Positions 37,909 to 47,585 of a stretch of DNA of 64,000 nucleotides are shown piece by piece (position 1 is the stretch's first letter; the number at the start of each line of letters is the position of its first letter). A model generated the notes under the pieces. That model had not been told where the DNA came from. It saw only the letters and a program-made list of their open reading frames with translations, and did not search any database. The stretch is from assembly GCA_045534555.1 (NCBI GenBank), contig JAZSJW010000031.1:8280-72279 (forward strand). Direction: 5' to 3'. Both the position numbers and the translations under genes were made by a program. Source of the stretch: Clostridia bacterium. GTDB lineage: Bacteria > Bacillota > Clostridia > Christensenellales > UBA1242.

Positions 37909-38135
37909 TCTAACTCAATAAACCAAGTGTATTTATCTAAAAACAGATATTTTTCTTGACCTTTTATTTTAACGGTATAGCGAATTCCCATGCCTCCACC
38001 TTTGGTGCTAGCTTTTGGGCGGGTATCCAAAACTTTATCAATTAAAAATTCTCTGCCATCTTCCCAGATAATTGAAAGAGGAATAATTTTGTTTTGAGGT
38101 GTCATTTTTGCTATAACAGTTATATATTTAATCAT
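37905..38135 (-). CDS. Small beta-rich protein of the type commonly found next to clostridial dinB
   Basis: P..IIWEDGR.F.IDKVLD.R..AS.K.GG.GIRY...WF; 4-nt convergent overlap with dinB. Confidence 0.75.
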   Translation of the reverse strand: MIKYITVIAKMTPQNKIIPLSIIWEDGREFLIDKVLDTRPKASTKGGGMGIRYTVKIKGQEKYLFLDKYTWFIELD

Positions 38136-38233
38136 TATAAAAATACTTAACAAAAATTAATAAAATAATCATAAAAAAATAAAAACTACGAAATAGGTTT
38201 CGTAGTTTTTTAATTTCTTTGTAAAAAATGTGT

Positions 38234-41200
38234 TTATTTCTGGGATAATTTTACATATTTAGTTAATCTTTGTTTTGCATAGCTTTCTGCTAGATTGAAT
38301 AATTGTTTTGCAATTTCAGGGTTTTTCTTAGTTAATGTAAAGTATCTTGACTGAGTATTTATAAAGTCTAAATAGCTTAAAGTTGGAGCCGCTTGGTCAA
38401 TAATTAATCCAGTTTGTGATGAATATCTAAATAAATTCCAATAGCCTGAAAGTACAGCATTTTTCTCAATTTCAACAGTTTTGCTTAAGTCTGTTCCGTG
38501 GTTAATGCATGGGCAGTAGGCAATAACTATTGATGGGCCGTTATGCTCTTCAGCCTCTTTAAAGGCTGTAATTGTTTGCTGCATATTTGCACCAAGTGAA
38601 ACACTTGCAACATAAACGTTAGGATAGTTCATAGCGATTGATGCTAAGTCTTTTTTGTTTGTTTTCTTTCCTGAGCTTGCAAATTTTGCAGTTGCACCCA
38701 TTGGTGTTGCTTTACTTGCTTGACCACCAGTGTTTGAGTAAACCTCTGTGTCTAGAACTAAAACCCTAACTTTTTCATTTGAGTGGAGAATATGGTCTAA
38801 GCCACCAAAACCGATATCATAAGCCCAACCATCGCCACCAATAATCCAAACAGTGCTGTCAAAAAGAGAAGATGCTAAACTGTAAAGATTAATTATTGAT
38901 TGATTTGGATTTGTTTTAATTTCAGAATAAATTAAACTTCTTATCCTTTCTGCAAGTTTTTCATCTTTTTTATCTTGAGAAAGCCATTCTTTTAAATATT
39001 TAATTAAGTTAGCTGAAACTGATTTTGTTTGTATTGCTGTTTCAATTTCATTATTTAAAGCATCTCTATTTTTATCTGCGGATTTTTTAAGTCCTAAACC
39101 AAACTCTGCATTATCCTCAAACAAGCTATTTGCCCAAGCTGGACCATAACCGTCTTTATTTTTAGTGTAAGGGCAGGTTGGGGAAGAGCCGCCATAAATA
39201 GAAGAGCAGCCTGTTGCATTTGCTATAATTAGGTTTTTGCCATAAAGTTGAGTTAAAAGTTTAATATATGGTGTTTCGCCACAACCAGCACAAGCACCAG
39301 AAAACTCAAATAGTGGCTTTTCAAATTGGCTGCCTTTAATTGTTTCTTTTCTAAAGATTGTTGGTGTATTTTCAATGTTTTTAACTAGTTCATATTTTGC
39401 CTTTTCTTGCTCTAATATGTTTTCTGCAAGCACCATTTCTAATGCTTTGTTTCTTGCTGGGCAAACATTAGCACAGTTTCCACAGCCGGTGCAGTCCATA
39501 GGGCTGATTTGAATAGTAAAGTCATATCCAGGAACACCAATTGCTGGTTTTGCATTTAAAGCTTTGCTTTCTTTTGAGCCACTTTTTAGTAGATATGGCC
39601 TAATGCAACCATGTGGGCAAACAAGAGAGCATTGATTACATTGAATACAGTTCTCTTGAATATAGCAAGGAAGCGAGGTTGCTACATTTCTCTTTTCAAA
39701 TTGAGTTGTTCCGGTTGGAACTTCGCCCGTAGGGTTCATATCTGAAACTTTTAGGTTGTTTCCATTAAGCTTTAATATTGGCTTGATATAATTGTTATAA
39801 TATTCATTATCAACTAAATCTTTGTCTGATTCAATAGTGAGGCTTGCCCAAGATAAAGGATATTTATATTCTCTTAATTCGTTTAAAGCATTATCTATAG
39901 CGGTCATATTCATTTCAAGAACGTGTTCGCCTTTAGATGCATAGGTTTTTCTAGCAGCGTCTTTAATTAGAGCTATTGATTTTTCAATAGGGAGCAAACC
40001 AGAAAGAGCAAAGAATGCTGTTTGCATAATAAGATTAATTCTTCTGTTTAAACCAACTTTAGATGCTAAGCTTTCAGCATCAATAACAAATAATTTTACG
40101 TTGTTTGTTGCAATTTGTTTTTTAACGCTTGCTGGCATAAGTTTTTCGATTTCGTCATTATCCCAAGATGTGTTTAAAAGGAATGTTCCATTTTTCTTAA
40201 TACCCTCAAGAACATTGAATTTATAAAGGAAGGTTTTATTATGGCAAGCGATAAAGTCGCTATCAGTAATTAAGTAAGGTGAAGTAATTTTGCTTTTTGA
40301 TAATCTTAAGTGTGAAGTTGTTACGCTACCAGACTTTTTACTATCATAAACAAAGTAAGCTTGACCATAAAGATTAGCTTCTTCTCCTATGATTTTCACT
40401 GTGTTTTTATTAGCACTTACAGTTCCGTCTGAACCAAGGCCAAAAAATTTACAGCAAATTTCATTTTTATTTTCAATATCAACGAGAGTTTTAATTTCAA
40501 GTGAAGAATTTGTAACATCATCATTAATGCCAACAGTAAAATGATTTTTAGGGCTCTTTTTAGCCATGTTCTCTATTACGGCAAAAGCATGAGATGGGTT
40601 AAACTCTTTTGAAGATAGCCCGTATCTACCGCCAAGAACTGGTATTTTTAAATTAAACTCAGATAGGGCAGAGATAACATCTAGAGCAAGGGGTTCGTAA
40701 CTAGCACCACACTCTTTAGTTCTATCTAAAACAGTAATGATTTTTGTTGTTTGAGGCAACTTAGAAACAAGAGCTTTAGAATTAAATGGGCGATATAGTC
40801 TAACTTTAATAGCACCGACTTTATTTCCATTTTTAGCCATATGTTCTATAAGCTTAATTATAGTATCTGCTCCAGACCCCATAGTTATAACAACATACTC
40901 AGCATCTTTTGCTCCATAGTATTCAAAGGAACTATATTTTCTGCCAGTAACCTTATGAAATTCTTTAAAAGTATCTTCAACAATTTTAGGAACCACATTA
41001 TAGTAAGGGTTGCTAGCTTCTCTTGCTTGGAAGAACACGTCCTCATTTTGAGCTGTTCCTCTCTGCGTTGGATTAGATGGAGATAAAGCTCTCGCTTTAA
41101 ACTTTGCGATAGCCTCAAAAGGAGTTAGAGCTTTTATTTCTTCATTTGATATTGCTTCAATAGTATTGATTTCATGGCTGGTTCTAAAACCGTCAAAGAA

Positions 41201-41710
41201 ATGAATAAATGGGAGTGAAGATTTTAAACTTGCAATATGTGATATAAGCGCCATGTCTTGAGCTTCTTGAACAGAAGAGCTTGCAAGCATACAAAAGCCA
41301 GTGCTTCTTGCACCCATAACATCACTATGGTCACCGAAAATTGATAGGGCATGGGTAGCAATTGTTCGTGCTGCAACATGAACTACACAAGGTAAAAGTT
41401 CGCCCGCAATTTTATACATGTTAGGGAGCATGAGTAAAAGACCTTGCGAAGAAGTGAAGGTTGTTGCTAAAGAGCCGCCAGATAGTGCACCATGAAGGGC
41501 ACCTGCAGCACCTGCCTCAGATTGCATTTCTGTTAAAGATACTTTTCTGTTAAATATGTTTAATTTATTTTTTGTGCTCCACTCGTCCATACTTTCAGCC
41601 ATTGGTGATGATGGAGTTATTGGATAAACAAATGCCATTTCTGATAAATTATATGCCATATTTGCGGCGGCGGTATTACCGTCTGTTGTTATAAACTTTT
41701 TATTACTCAT
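38234..41710 (-). CDS. nifJ: Pyruvate:ferredoxin (flavodoxin) oxidoreductase
   Basis: YPITPSS, EMQSEAGAAG, two CxxCxxC clusters, GACAGCGE, GGDGWAYDIG, YSNTGGQ. Confidence 0.98.
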   Translation of the reverse strand: MSNKKFITTDGNTAAANMAYNLSEMAFVYPITPSSPMAESMDEWSTKNKLNIFNRKVSLTEMQSEAGAAGALHGALSGGSLATTFTSSQGLLLMLPNMYKIAGELLPCVVHVAARTIATHALSIFGDHSDVMGARSTGFCMLASSSVQEAQDMALISHIASLKSSLPFIHFFDGFRTSHEINTIEAISNEEIKALTPFEAIAKFKARALSPSNPTQRGTAQNEDVFFQAREASNPYYNVVPKIVEDTFKEFHKVTGRKYSSFEYYGAKDAEYVVITMGSGADTIIKLIEHMAKNGNKVGAIKVRLYRPFNSKALVSKLPQTTKIITVLDRTKECGASYEPLALDVISALSEFNLKIPVLGGRYGLSSKEFNPSHAFAVIENMAKKSPKNHFTVGINDDVTNSSLEIKTLVDIENKNEICCKFFGLGSDGTVSANKNTVKIIGEEANLYGQAYFVYDSKKSGSVTTSHLRLSKSKITSPYLITDSDFIACHNKTFLYKFNVLEGIKKNGTFLLNTSWDNDEIEKLMPASVKKQIATNNVKLFVIDAESLASKVGLNRRINLIMQTAFFALSGLLPIEKSIALIKDAARKTYASKGEHVLEMNMTAIDNALNELREYKYPLSWASLTIESDKDLVDNEYYNNYIKPILKLNGNNLKVSDMNPTGEVPTGTTQFEKRNVATSLPCYIQENCIQCNQCSLVCPHGCIRPYLLKSGSKESKALNAKPAIGVPGYDFTIQISPMDCTGCGNCANVCPARNKALEMVLAENILEQEKAKYELVKNIENTPTIFRKETIKGSQFEKPLFEFSGACAGCGETPYIKLLTQLYGKNLIIANATGCSSIYGGSSPTCPYTKNKDGYGPAWANSLFEDNAEFGLGLKKSADKNRDALNNEIETAIQTKSVSANLIKYLKEWLSQDKKDEKLAERIRSLIYSEIKTNPNQSIINLYSLASSLFDSTVWIIGGDGWAYDIGFGGLDHILHSNEKVRVLVLDTEVYSNTGGQASKATPMGATAKFASSGKKTNKKDLASIAMNYPNVYVASVSLGANMQQTITAFKEAEEHNGPSIVIAYCPCINHGTDLSKTVEIEKNAVLSGYWNLFRYSSQTGLIIDQAAPTLSYLDFINTQSRYFTLTKKNPEIAKQLFNLAESYAKQRLTKYVKLSQK

Positions 41711-41849
41711 GAGTATTTCCTTACGTTTTATTTATACTTAATTATATACATTTAGGAAAACTTAAGTCAAACATACTTTATGATTTTTTGGCTAAAAAAT
41801 ATTAACAAGCGAAAATATTTATGCTATACTTTAATTTAAGAGGAAAAAT

Positions 41850-42587
41850 ATGAGTAGAGTAAAGTTAACTTTAGAATATGATGGAACAAACTTTTGTGGT
41901 TATCAAGTTCAACCGAATAAAAGAACAGTTCAAAGCGAACTTGAGGGTGCATTGAGAAAAATTTATAATCAAGATGTGCTAACTTTTTCTTCAGGAAGAA
42001 CAGATGCAGGCGTGCATGCTTTAGGTGCGGTTGTTCATTTTGATGAGCCTAAAATTATTAAAAACAGAAATTTTGCTGATAGCATTAACTCTTATTTGCC
42101 AGATGACCTTAAGGTTGTTAAAGCAGAAGAAGTTGATAATAGCTTTGATGCAAGGTTTGATGCTAAAAGCAAAACCTATATTTATAAATTCTACTTATCA
42201 AGATGTGAAAGACCCCTTTATAAAAATAGGGCTTTAAGAGTAAATGAAGAAGTTGATGTAGAAAAAATGAAACAAGCTTTAAAATATTTACTTGGTGAGC
42301 ATGATTTTTCTTCTTTTGTTGCAAGAAAGAGCGGTAAAACCAATTTTGTTAGAACGATTTATTCTGCGGAAATAAAAGAAGTGTCAAACAAAGAATTTGA
42401 GTTTCAAATTTCGGGTAATGGTTTTTTATATAATATGGTTAGAATTATCATGGGAACGTTAATTAAAGTTGGTGAACAAAAGATAAAGCCTGAAGATATG
42501 AAAACTATAATTGAAAATAAAAATAGGCAAACAGCGGGAAATACTATGCCTGCACATGCTTTATATTTAGTAAATGTGGAGTATTAG
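41850..42587 (+). CDS. truA: tRNA pseudouridine(38-40) synthase
   Basis: EYDGT.F.GYQ.Q, SGRTDAGVHA, GFLYNMVR. Confidence 0.97.
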   Translation: MSRVKLTLEYDGTNFCGYQVQPNKRTVQSELEGALRKIYNQDVLTFSSGRTDAGVHALGAVVHFDEPKIIKNRNFADSINSYLPDDLKVVKAEEVDNSFDARFDAKSKTYIYKFYLSRCERPLYKNRALRVNEEVDVEKMKQALKYLLGEHDFSSFVARKSGKTNFVRTIYSAEIKEVSNKEFEFQISGNGFLYNMVRIIMGTLIKVGEQKIKPEDMKTIIENKNRQTAGNTMPAHALYLVNVEY

Positions 42588-42686
42588 TGCAAGAAAAAAC
42601 AGAAAGTATAACAAAATAGTTGAAAAAAATTAAAAATTCTATTGACTTATTTTACTTTTTATTATAGAATATCAAAGCATAGTGAA

Positions 42687-42726
42687 TAACTAGGTCCATG
42701 GCAACATCTCAACGTGGGGTTAGTTA
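42687..42726 (+). ncRNA. Putative L13 leader (autoregulatory hairpin) in the rplM 5' UTR
   Basis: TAACT..CCATG / CGTGG..AGTTA stem-loop downstream of TTGACT-17-TAGAAT (42642-42670). Confidence 0.45.
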
Positions 42727-42765
42727 AGCTAATGAGAGAAAAATATTATATTTAAGGGAAAAATT

Positions 42766-43206
42766 ATGAAAACATATATTCACAATCCAGAAAATAAATC
42801 TGATAAATGGTATTTAGTAGATGCAACAGATATGCCTCTTGGCAGACTAGCTAGTCAAGTTGCTTCTATTCTTCGTGGTAAAAATAAACCAGAATTCACT
42901 CCAAATGTTGATGCTGGTGACCACGTTATTGTTGTTAACACTGATAAAGTTGTTTTAACAGGTAAGAAAATGGAACAAAAATATTACCGTTACCACACTC
43001 TTTACATTGGTGGTTTAAAAGAAATCCAATATAAAGATATGCTTAAGAATAAGTCAGATAAGGCTGTATTCGAAGCTGTTAAAGGTATGCTTCCAAAAAA
43101 TCGTCTTGGCAGACAAATGATTAAGAAATTAAGAGTTTACAAAGATGCTAACCATGGTCATGAAGCTCAAAAACCAGTATTAGTCACTCTTGAAGGTAAA
43201 AGGTAG
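42766..43206 (+). CDS. rplM: 50S ribosomal protein L13
   Basis: WYLVDA..LGRLAS, LRGKNKP.FTP.VD.GD, AVKGMLP. Confidence 0.99.
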   Translation: MKTYIHNPENKSDKWYLVDATDMPLGRLASQVASILRGKNKPEFTPNVDAGDHVIVVNTDKVVLTGKKMEQKYYRYHTLYIGGLKEIQYKDMLKNKSDKAVFEAVKGMLPKNRLGRQMIKKLRVYKDANHGHEAQKPVLVTLEGKR

Positions 43207-43216
43207 GATATAGAGT

Positions 43217-43630
43217 ATGGCAAAGAAAGCTACAAACAAACAAAAAGAACAAATCTGGGGAACAGGTAGAAGAAAAAAAGCTATCGCTAGAGTAAGAATT
43301 ATGCCAGGTGAAGGCAAAATCACAGTTAACAAAGAAGATGTTGCTGATTACTTTAAGTTAGATACATTAATTACAATTGTTAAACAACCATTAACATTAG
43401 TTGGTGTTGAAAACAAATTTGACGTTGCAATCAACGTTTACGGTGGTGGCTTAGCTGGTCAAGCTGGTGCTTGCCGTCATGGTATTGCAAGAGCTTTAGT
43501 TATCGCTAATGAAGCTTACAAAGCTGATATCAAGAAAGCTGGTTTCTTAACTCGTGACCCAAGAATGAAAGAAAGAAAGAAATATGGTTTGAAGAAGGCT
43601 CGTAAAGCTCCACAATTCTCAAAACGTTAA
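43217..43630 (+). CDS. rpsI: 30S ribosomal protein S9
   Basis: GTGRRK, GGG..GQAGA, LTRDPR.KERKKYG, QFSKR. Confidence 0.99.
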   Translation: MAKKATNKQKEQIWGTGRRKKAIARVRIMPGEGKITVNKEDVADYFKLDTLITIVKQPLTLVGVENKFDVAINVYGGGLAGQAGACRHGIARALVIANEAYKADIKKAGFLTRDPRMKERKKYGLKKARKAPQFSKR

Positions 43631-43662
43631 TACAAGCTGGAAAACAGCCCTCTAACATTGTT

Positions 43663-44256
43663 AATAAAAAAATTCCACACAGTCATTTATTTCGTATAAA
43701 CTCCTGCGTGGAATTTTTTATTGCCTCGTTATAGAACTGTTTTGCAGGCTTGTGATTAACGTTTTGCAAGCTAAGAGATAACGGCGAACTTCACGCTTAT
43801 AAGTGCAGAAACGAAATAAAAATCACACAGTTATTTATTATATATAAACGCCTGTGTGATTTTTCTTTGTTTCTTTCTTCTAAACATAAATTTCACCGTT
43901 ATCTCACTTTGAGAAGTTAATGGTATCGGAGAGAACTTGCGTGGAATTTTTTATTGCCTTGTTATATGTGCAAAATACACGACCATCTCACTTTGAGAAG
44001 CTAGTTGTGTCGGAGAGAACTTGATAAGATAAGAGATAGTCTTGGGTTTCTAACACAGTCATTTATCAATATGGCTCAACACAGAAGATTTCGCATCTTC
44101 TGTGTTTTTTGTTTCAGCTGGCTTTAAATCATTACAGCCAAAAGTCTTTAAAAGATTTAAAGGAAACTCCCGTCTTGGATTTTTTTATTTTCTTCTGGGA
44201 AGTGCAACCTAAGGCTTTATCTCACGTTGTTGAGTTAGCCATTTCGCAGAGAAATT
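43663..44256. repeat. Non-coding mosaic of nested hairpins and direct repeats
   Basis: Hairpins 43663-43722 and 43775-43905; 39-bp repeat ATCTCACTTTGAGAAG-N9-TCGGAGAGAACTTG at 43901 and 43985 (degenerate copy about 44219); ACACAGT(C/T)ATTTAT x3; GCGTGGAATTTTTTATTGCCT x2. Confidence 0.8.
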
Positions 44257-44283
44257 ATTTTTTTATTTTCTTAATTATTCTTG

Positions 44284-44327
44284 GCTCCACTGGACAGGGG
44301 AGCTGTCGACTTTGTCGACTGAGGGGT
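44284..44327 (+). repeat. REP-like palindromic unit
   Basis: GCTCC..GGGGAGCTGTCGAC-TTT-GTCGACTGAGGGG; same family as the units at 62170-62356. Confidence 0.7.
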
Positions 44328-44358
44328 AGATAACACTTAAAATAATTAATAAAGAAGT

Positions 44359-44814
44359 TTAAATATTAGTTTTACAAACATTAATAATCTTTTTGTTGTT
44401 TATTTTTGCATAATCTATTACATGAGAAATAATATCACTTTTGTGCAAATCGTTATATAACAAAATAAAATCACTATGACTTATCATTAGTTCATATTTA
44501 TAAAATAAGCTATCTATAATAGAAGTGTTCATATTTTTTATATTAATTTCATCGTCATAAATATTGGATAAATCTTCATTAGCTTGATAGTCTGACTTAT
44601 AAAATGTTGTATGAATTTTCTTATTAATAAATTTTGGCTTTAGTTGGTTTAAAAAAGATAAAAACAATCTGTTAAATTCAGATGTGCCTGTAAATAAAAA
44701 ATCAATATAATCATAATCATCAATAAGGGTTTTTAAGAAAGTAATAAATTTTACATCATCTACATAAGGTAAAGAGTTAGATTTTGCTATAATTCCATAT
44801 GTAATTTTGTTCAT
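44359..44814 (-). CDS. Hypothetical protein, DUF1273/YpsA (SLOG)-like, diverged
   Basis: AAGGAG RBS at ATG 44814; MISHSDFILLY...DYAK...KKIINV resembles SLOG C-terminal motifs. Confidence 0.5.
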   Translation of the reverse strand: MNKITYGIIAKSNSLPYVDDVKFITFLKTLIDDYDYIDFLFTGTSEFNRLFLSFLNQLKPKFINKKIHTTFYKSDYQANEDLSNIYDDEINIKNMNTSIIDSLFYKYELMISHSDFILLYNDLHKSDIISHVIDYAKINNKKIINVCKTNI

Positions 44815-44921
44815 AATTATTCTCCTTTTTTTCAAAATTATACTACGATTTTGCGAATATCGCAATAGCGAATTATAATAAATGAAATTTTGTATATCCT
44901 ATACAAAAGGAGAATACAAAA

Positions 44922-45170
44922 ATGAATAAAAACTTATTAAAGGTTGTTGCAGTTAGAATAAAAGAGTTAATGAATGAAAGAGGGTTAAATCAATATAAAT
45001 TATCTCAAATTACGGGTATACCACAATCTACGTTAAGCACAATATTTAATACTGAAGAAAGAAATGATATAAGGCTTTCAACAATTTATGAAATTTGTTC
45101 AGGTTTAGAAATTGAATTTATGGACTTTTTTAATTCTGAATGTGTAAAAATAAAAAATATTAAAGATTAA
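44922..45170 (+). CDS. XRE-family HTH regulator
   Basis: RIKELM.ERGLNQYKLS..TGIPQSTLS; AAGGAG RBS. Confidence 0.9.
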   Translation: MNKNLLKVVAVRIKELMNERGLNQYKLSQITGIPQSTLSTIFNTEERNDIRLSTIYEICSGLEIEFMDFFNSECVKIKNIKD

Positions 45171-45210
45171 AAAATAAAAAGAACTGATTGTTTTCAGTTC
45201 TTTTTGCTTT

Positions 45211-45957
45211 CTATATTTTTAAATTTTGAAGCTCAGCTAATAGCTGTTGGATTTGATTTTGTAATATTTTAAAGTTTGTGTTTTTACTGTTATCTTGATT
45301 TAGATACACTCTTTTATTTATTTCAATCATTACACAGAATAAATTTTTAACTTTGTTTTCAAAGAATTTATTTGGAATAATTGTTCCTGAATATGGATAA
45401 TTAAATTTAACAGAATAATTAAGTTTATCAAAATAGTCTTTTATATAATTTACGATAGTTTCATTATAATATAAATCATCAAAACCAATGCAAATGTCTG
45501 GTAAGTTTTCTTTTTTATCTTCAAACATTATGATGTCTTTTGAAAAACTGTGGCAATCAAGAAGTATAGTATTGCCTTTTTTAAGTGAAGTATTTACAAT
45601 CTTATCTAATTTGATATGATGAATAATGTAATAGTTATTATAAATATTTGATTTATATGTTTTTGTCGGATTTATAAAGTTTATTCCATTATTTGTGTGA
45701 GTATAAATAAAGCCCATGCCAAATTTTGACATAATTTCTTTATCATCATCTGCAAATTTTTCTACATCACAATAAATTCTTGAGTAATCAGCTTTTATTT
45801 GCTTGAGTTTATTGTTTCCGAAAAGCTCATCTGTATAAAGGTCAGATATATTTTTATTAAAATCTTTTACTATTTTTTTATCAGTTATCACATTTTTAAA
45901 AAATCCAAATGGCAATTTAAGGCTAGAATGGGGAATATGTAAAATTATGTTGTTCAT
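45211..45957 (-). CDS. N-formylglutamate amidohydrolase family protein
   Basis: ILHIPHSS, SRIYCDVE, LLDCHSF, PDICIG, NYPYSG, MIEINK. Confidence 0.9.
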   Translation of the reverse strand: MNNIILHIPHSSLKLPFGFFKNVITDKKIVKDFNKNISDLYTDELFGNNKLKQIKADYSRIYCDVEKFADDDKEIMSKFGMGFIYTHTNNGINFINPTKTYKSNIYNNYYIIHHIKLDKIVNTSLKKGNTILLDCHSFSKDIIMFEDKKENLPDICIGFDDLYYNETIVNYIKDYFDKLNYSVKFNYPYSGTIIPNKFFENKVKNLFCVMIEINKRVYLNQDNSKNTNFKILQNQIQQLLAELQNLKI

Positions 45958-46109
45958 AAAAAATCCCTTTCTAATTCTTGAAGTTGCTGTTTAGTAAATC
46001 CAAGAATTTTACAATCTTTATTTATATTGTTTATTGTATTTTTTCTGCAACTAATAAATCTTTTTTGTTTTTCTGATAAGTTTGAAGTATTCAACACTAA
46101 TTTACCCAT
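45954..46109 (-). CDS. Small hypothetical protein (51 aa, MGKLVLNTSNLSEKQKRF...), absent from the ORF track
   Basis: GAGGA RBS; its TGA overlaps the next ATG (ATGA coupling). Confidence 0.65.
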   Translation of the reverse strand: MGKLVLNTSNLSEKQKRFISCRKNTINNINKDCKILGFTKQQLQELERDFL

Positions 46110-46111
46110 AA

Positions 46112-46759
46112 TTAGTCCTCATTCAATTGTTTAATTTGTGATAATATAAAATTATAAGCTTGTTCGTAAGACATATTTTTCGAATTTATTATTTCAAAAA
46201 TTTTGTTTCTGTCTTTTAACATCTTTATATAATCTGAATATTCAGGTAATTGTTCTTTTATAGAAGAGTATGGAAGCATTTGATTATTTTCGCGAAGCTT
46301 TAATAGTTCATCTGAATTTTTAACAGCTCTGCAAAGAGCAATTACATCTGGTTCGCCATGAATGGATGTATCCCAATCAGGATTGTATTCTTTATTAAAT
46401 TTCATTTTGCCTGTAGGAATAAATCCGTATTGCATGTACATGTTTGCAAGATAATCACCATAGCAATCAAGGGTAATTGCTCCATAGGATATGGCAACTA
46501 ACATAATTTCTTCTGCAACATGAGAATATCCTTTTTGTTCTGCAATGACTGGATTTTTATGCACTGCAACTAAGTCTCCATTTGTTATTGAAAAACCAGC
46601 AGCACCATCATCTAACAGGAAGTTTGTTTGAGATTGGTATGCTTCAGGCTTGTCAAGGCTGACAAAACAACCGTGCTTATTAATTAATCTTGCTTCGTAT
46701 AAAGATTTATAGAATTTTAAATATTCATTAGCGTTTAATTTTTCAAATTTCATTTCCAT
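46112..46759 (-). CDS. Hypothetical protein with GNAT-like fold (type seen in phage/polyvalent proteins)
   Basis: FL..DG.AGF.I..GDLVAV...LDCYG..L...Y..YGF...GEPDV; start reassigned to ATG 46759, just after TTGACA-17-TATGAT. Confidence 0.55.
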   Translation of the reverse strand: MEMKFEKLNANEYLKFYKSLYEARLINKHGCFVSLDKPEAYQSQTNFLLDDGAAGFSITNGDLVAVHKNPVIAEQKGYSHVAEEIMLVAISYGAITLDCYGDYLANMYMQYGFIPTGKMKFNKEYNPDWDTSIHGEPDVIALCRAVKNSDELLKLRENNQMLPYSSIKEQLPEYSDYIKMLKDRNKIFEIINSKNMSYEQAYNFILSQIKQLNED

Positions 46760-46898
46760 AAGAATATCATATATCCTTTTTTTTATTATGTCAAGTTTAG
46801 AAAACATTAAAGATTAAAAATAAAAGGGATATATATCCCTTTTTTATTTGCGGGTTTTTATTTAAGTATGATAAACTAGAAAGGATAAGAGGTGGATT

Positions 46899-47582
46899 AT
46901 GAAGTTTTTTGACAATTCTTGGGATAATGTTTTGGAAGATGAATTTCAAAAACCTTATTTTCTAGAAATGCTTGATAAAGTTGACGAAGAATATAACAAG
47001 TATAAAATTTATCCGCCAAGGGAAAAGATTTTTTCAGCACTAAAACTTTGTGATTATGAAGACGTTAAAGTGGTACTACTTGGGCAAGACCCTTATCATG
47101 GCTATGGTCAAGCTCATGGCTTATGCTTTTCAGTTATGCCAGATATAAAAGTTCCACCATCATTAAAAAATATGTATAAAGAAATGGCAGAAGATGTTGG
47201 TACAACTGAGCCAAATCATGGTTGTTTAATTTCTTGGGCAAGGCAGGGGGTGCTACTACTCAATACAGTATTAACTGTTCGTGAGGGGCAGCCAAACTCT
47301 CATGCAAATATCGGTTGGCAAACCTTTACTGATGAAATCATTAAAAAAATTAATGAATTAGATAAACCTGTTGTATTTTTGCTTTGGGGAGCAAATGCTA
47401 AAAATAAGCTTCCGCTTATAACAAATAAAAAACATTTAATTTTGTCTTGCGCGCACCCTAGTCCTTTTTCAGCATATAATGGATTTTTTGGTTGCAGACA
47501 CTTTTCAAAGACAAATGAGTTTTTAAGAGCAAACAACAGAAAAGAGATAGATTGGCAAATTCCAAATATCAACAAGGGGTAG
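46899..47582 (+). CDS. ung: Uracil-DNA glycosylase
   Basis: GQDPYH, GVLLLNTVLTV, HPSP. Confidence 0.98.
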   Translation: MKFFDNSWDNVLEDEFQKPYFLEMLDKVDEEYNKYKIYPPREKIFSALKLCDYEDVKVVLLGQDPYHGYGQAHGLCFSVMPDIKVPPSLKNMYKEMAEDVGTTEPNHGCLISWARQGVLLLNTVLTVREGQPNSHANIGWQTFTDEIIKKINELDKPVVFLLWGANAKNKLPLITNKKHLILSCAHPSPFSAYNGFFGCRHFSKTNEFLRANNRKEIDWQIPNINKG

Positions 47583-47585
47583 ATT

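Noticed and set aside
41788..41808. Rex operator upstream of nifJ
   Set aside because: Only one half-site (TTAACAA) matches
43663..44256. Possible CRISPR array
   Set aside because: Only 2-3 imperfect, irregularly spaced repeats, spacers that are themselves repeats, and no cas genes
45159..46820. 15-bp direct repeat ATTAAAGATTAAAAA (45159-45173, 46806-46820) flanking the minus-strand operon, as a target-site duplication
   Set aside because: Almost entirely A/T in an AT-rich region, so chance is plausible; no mobile-element gene
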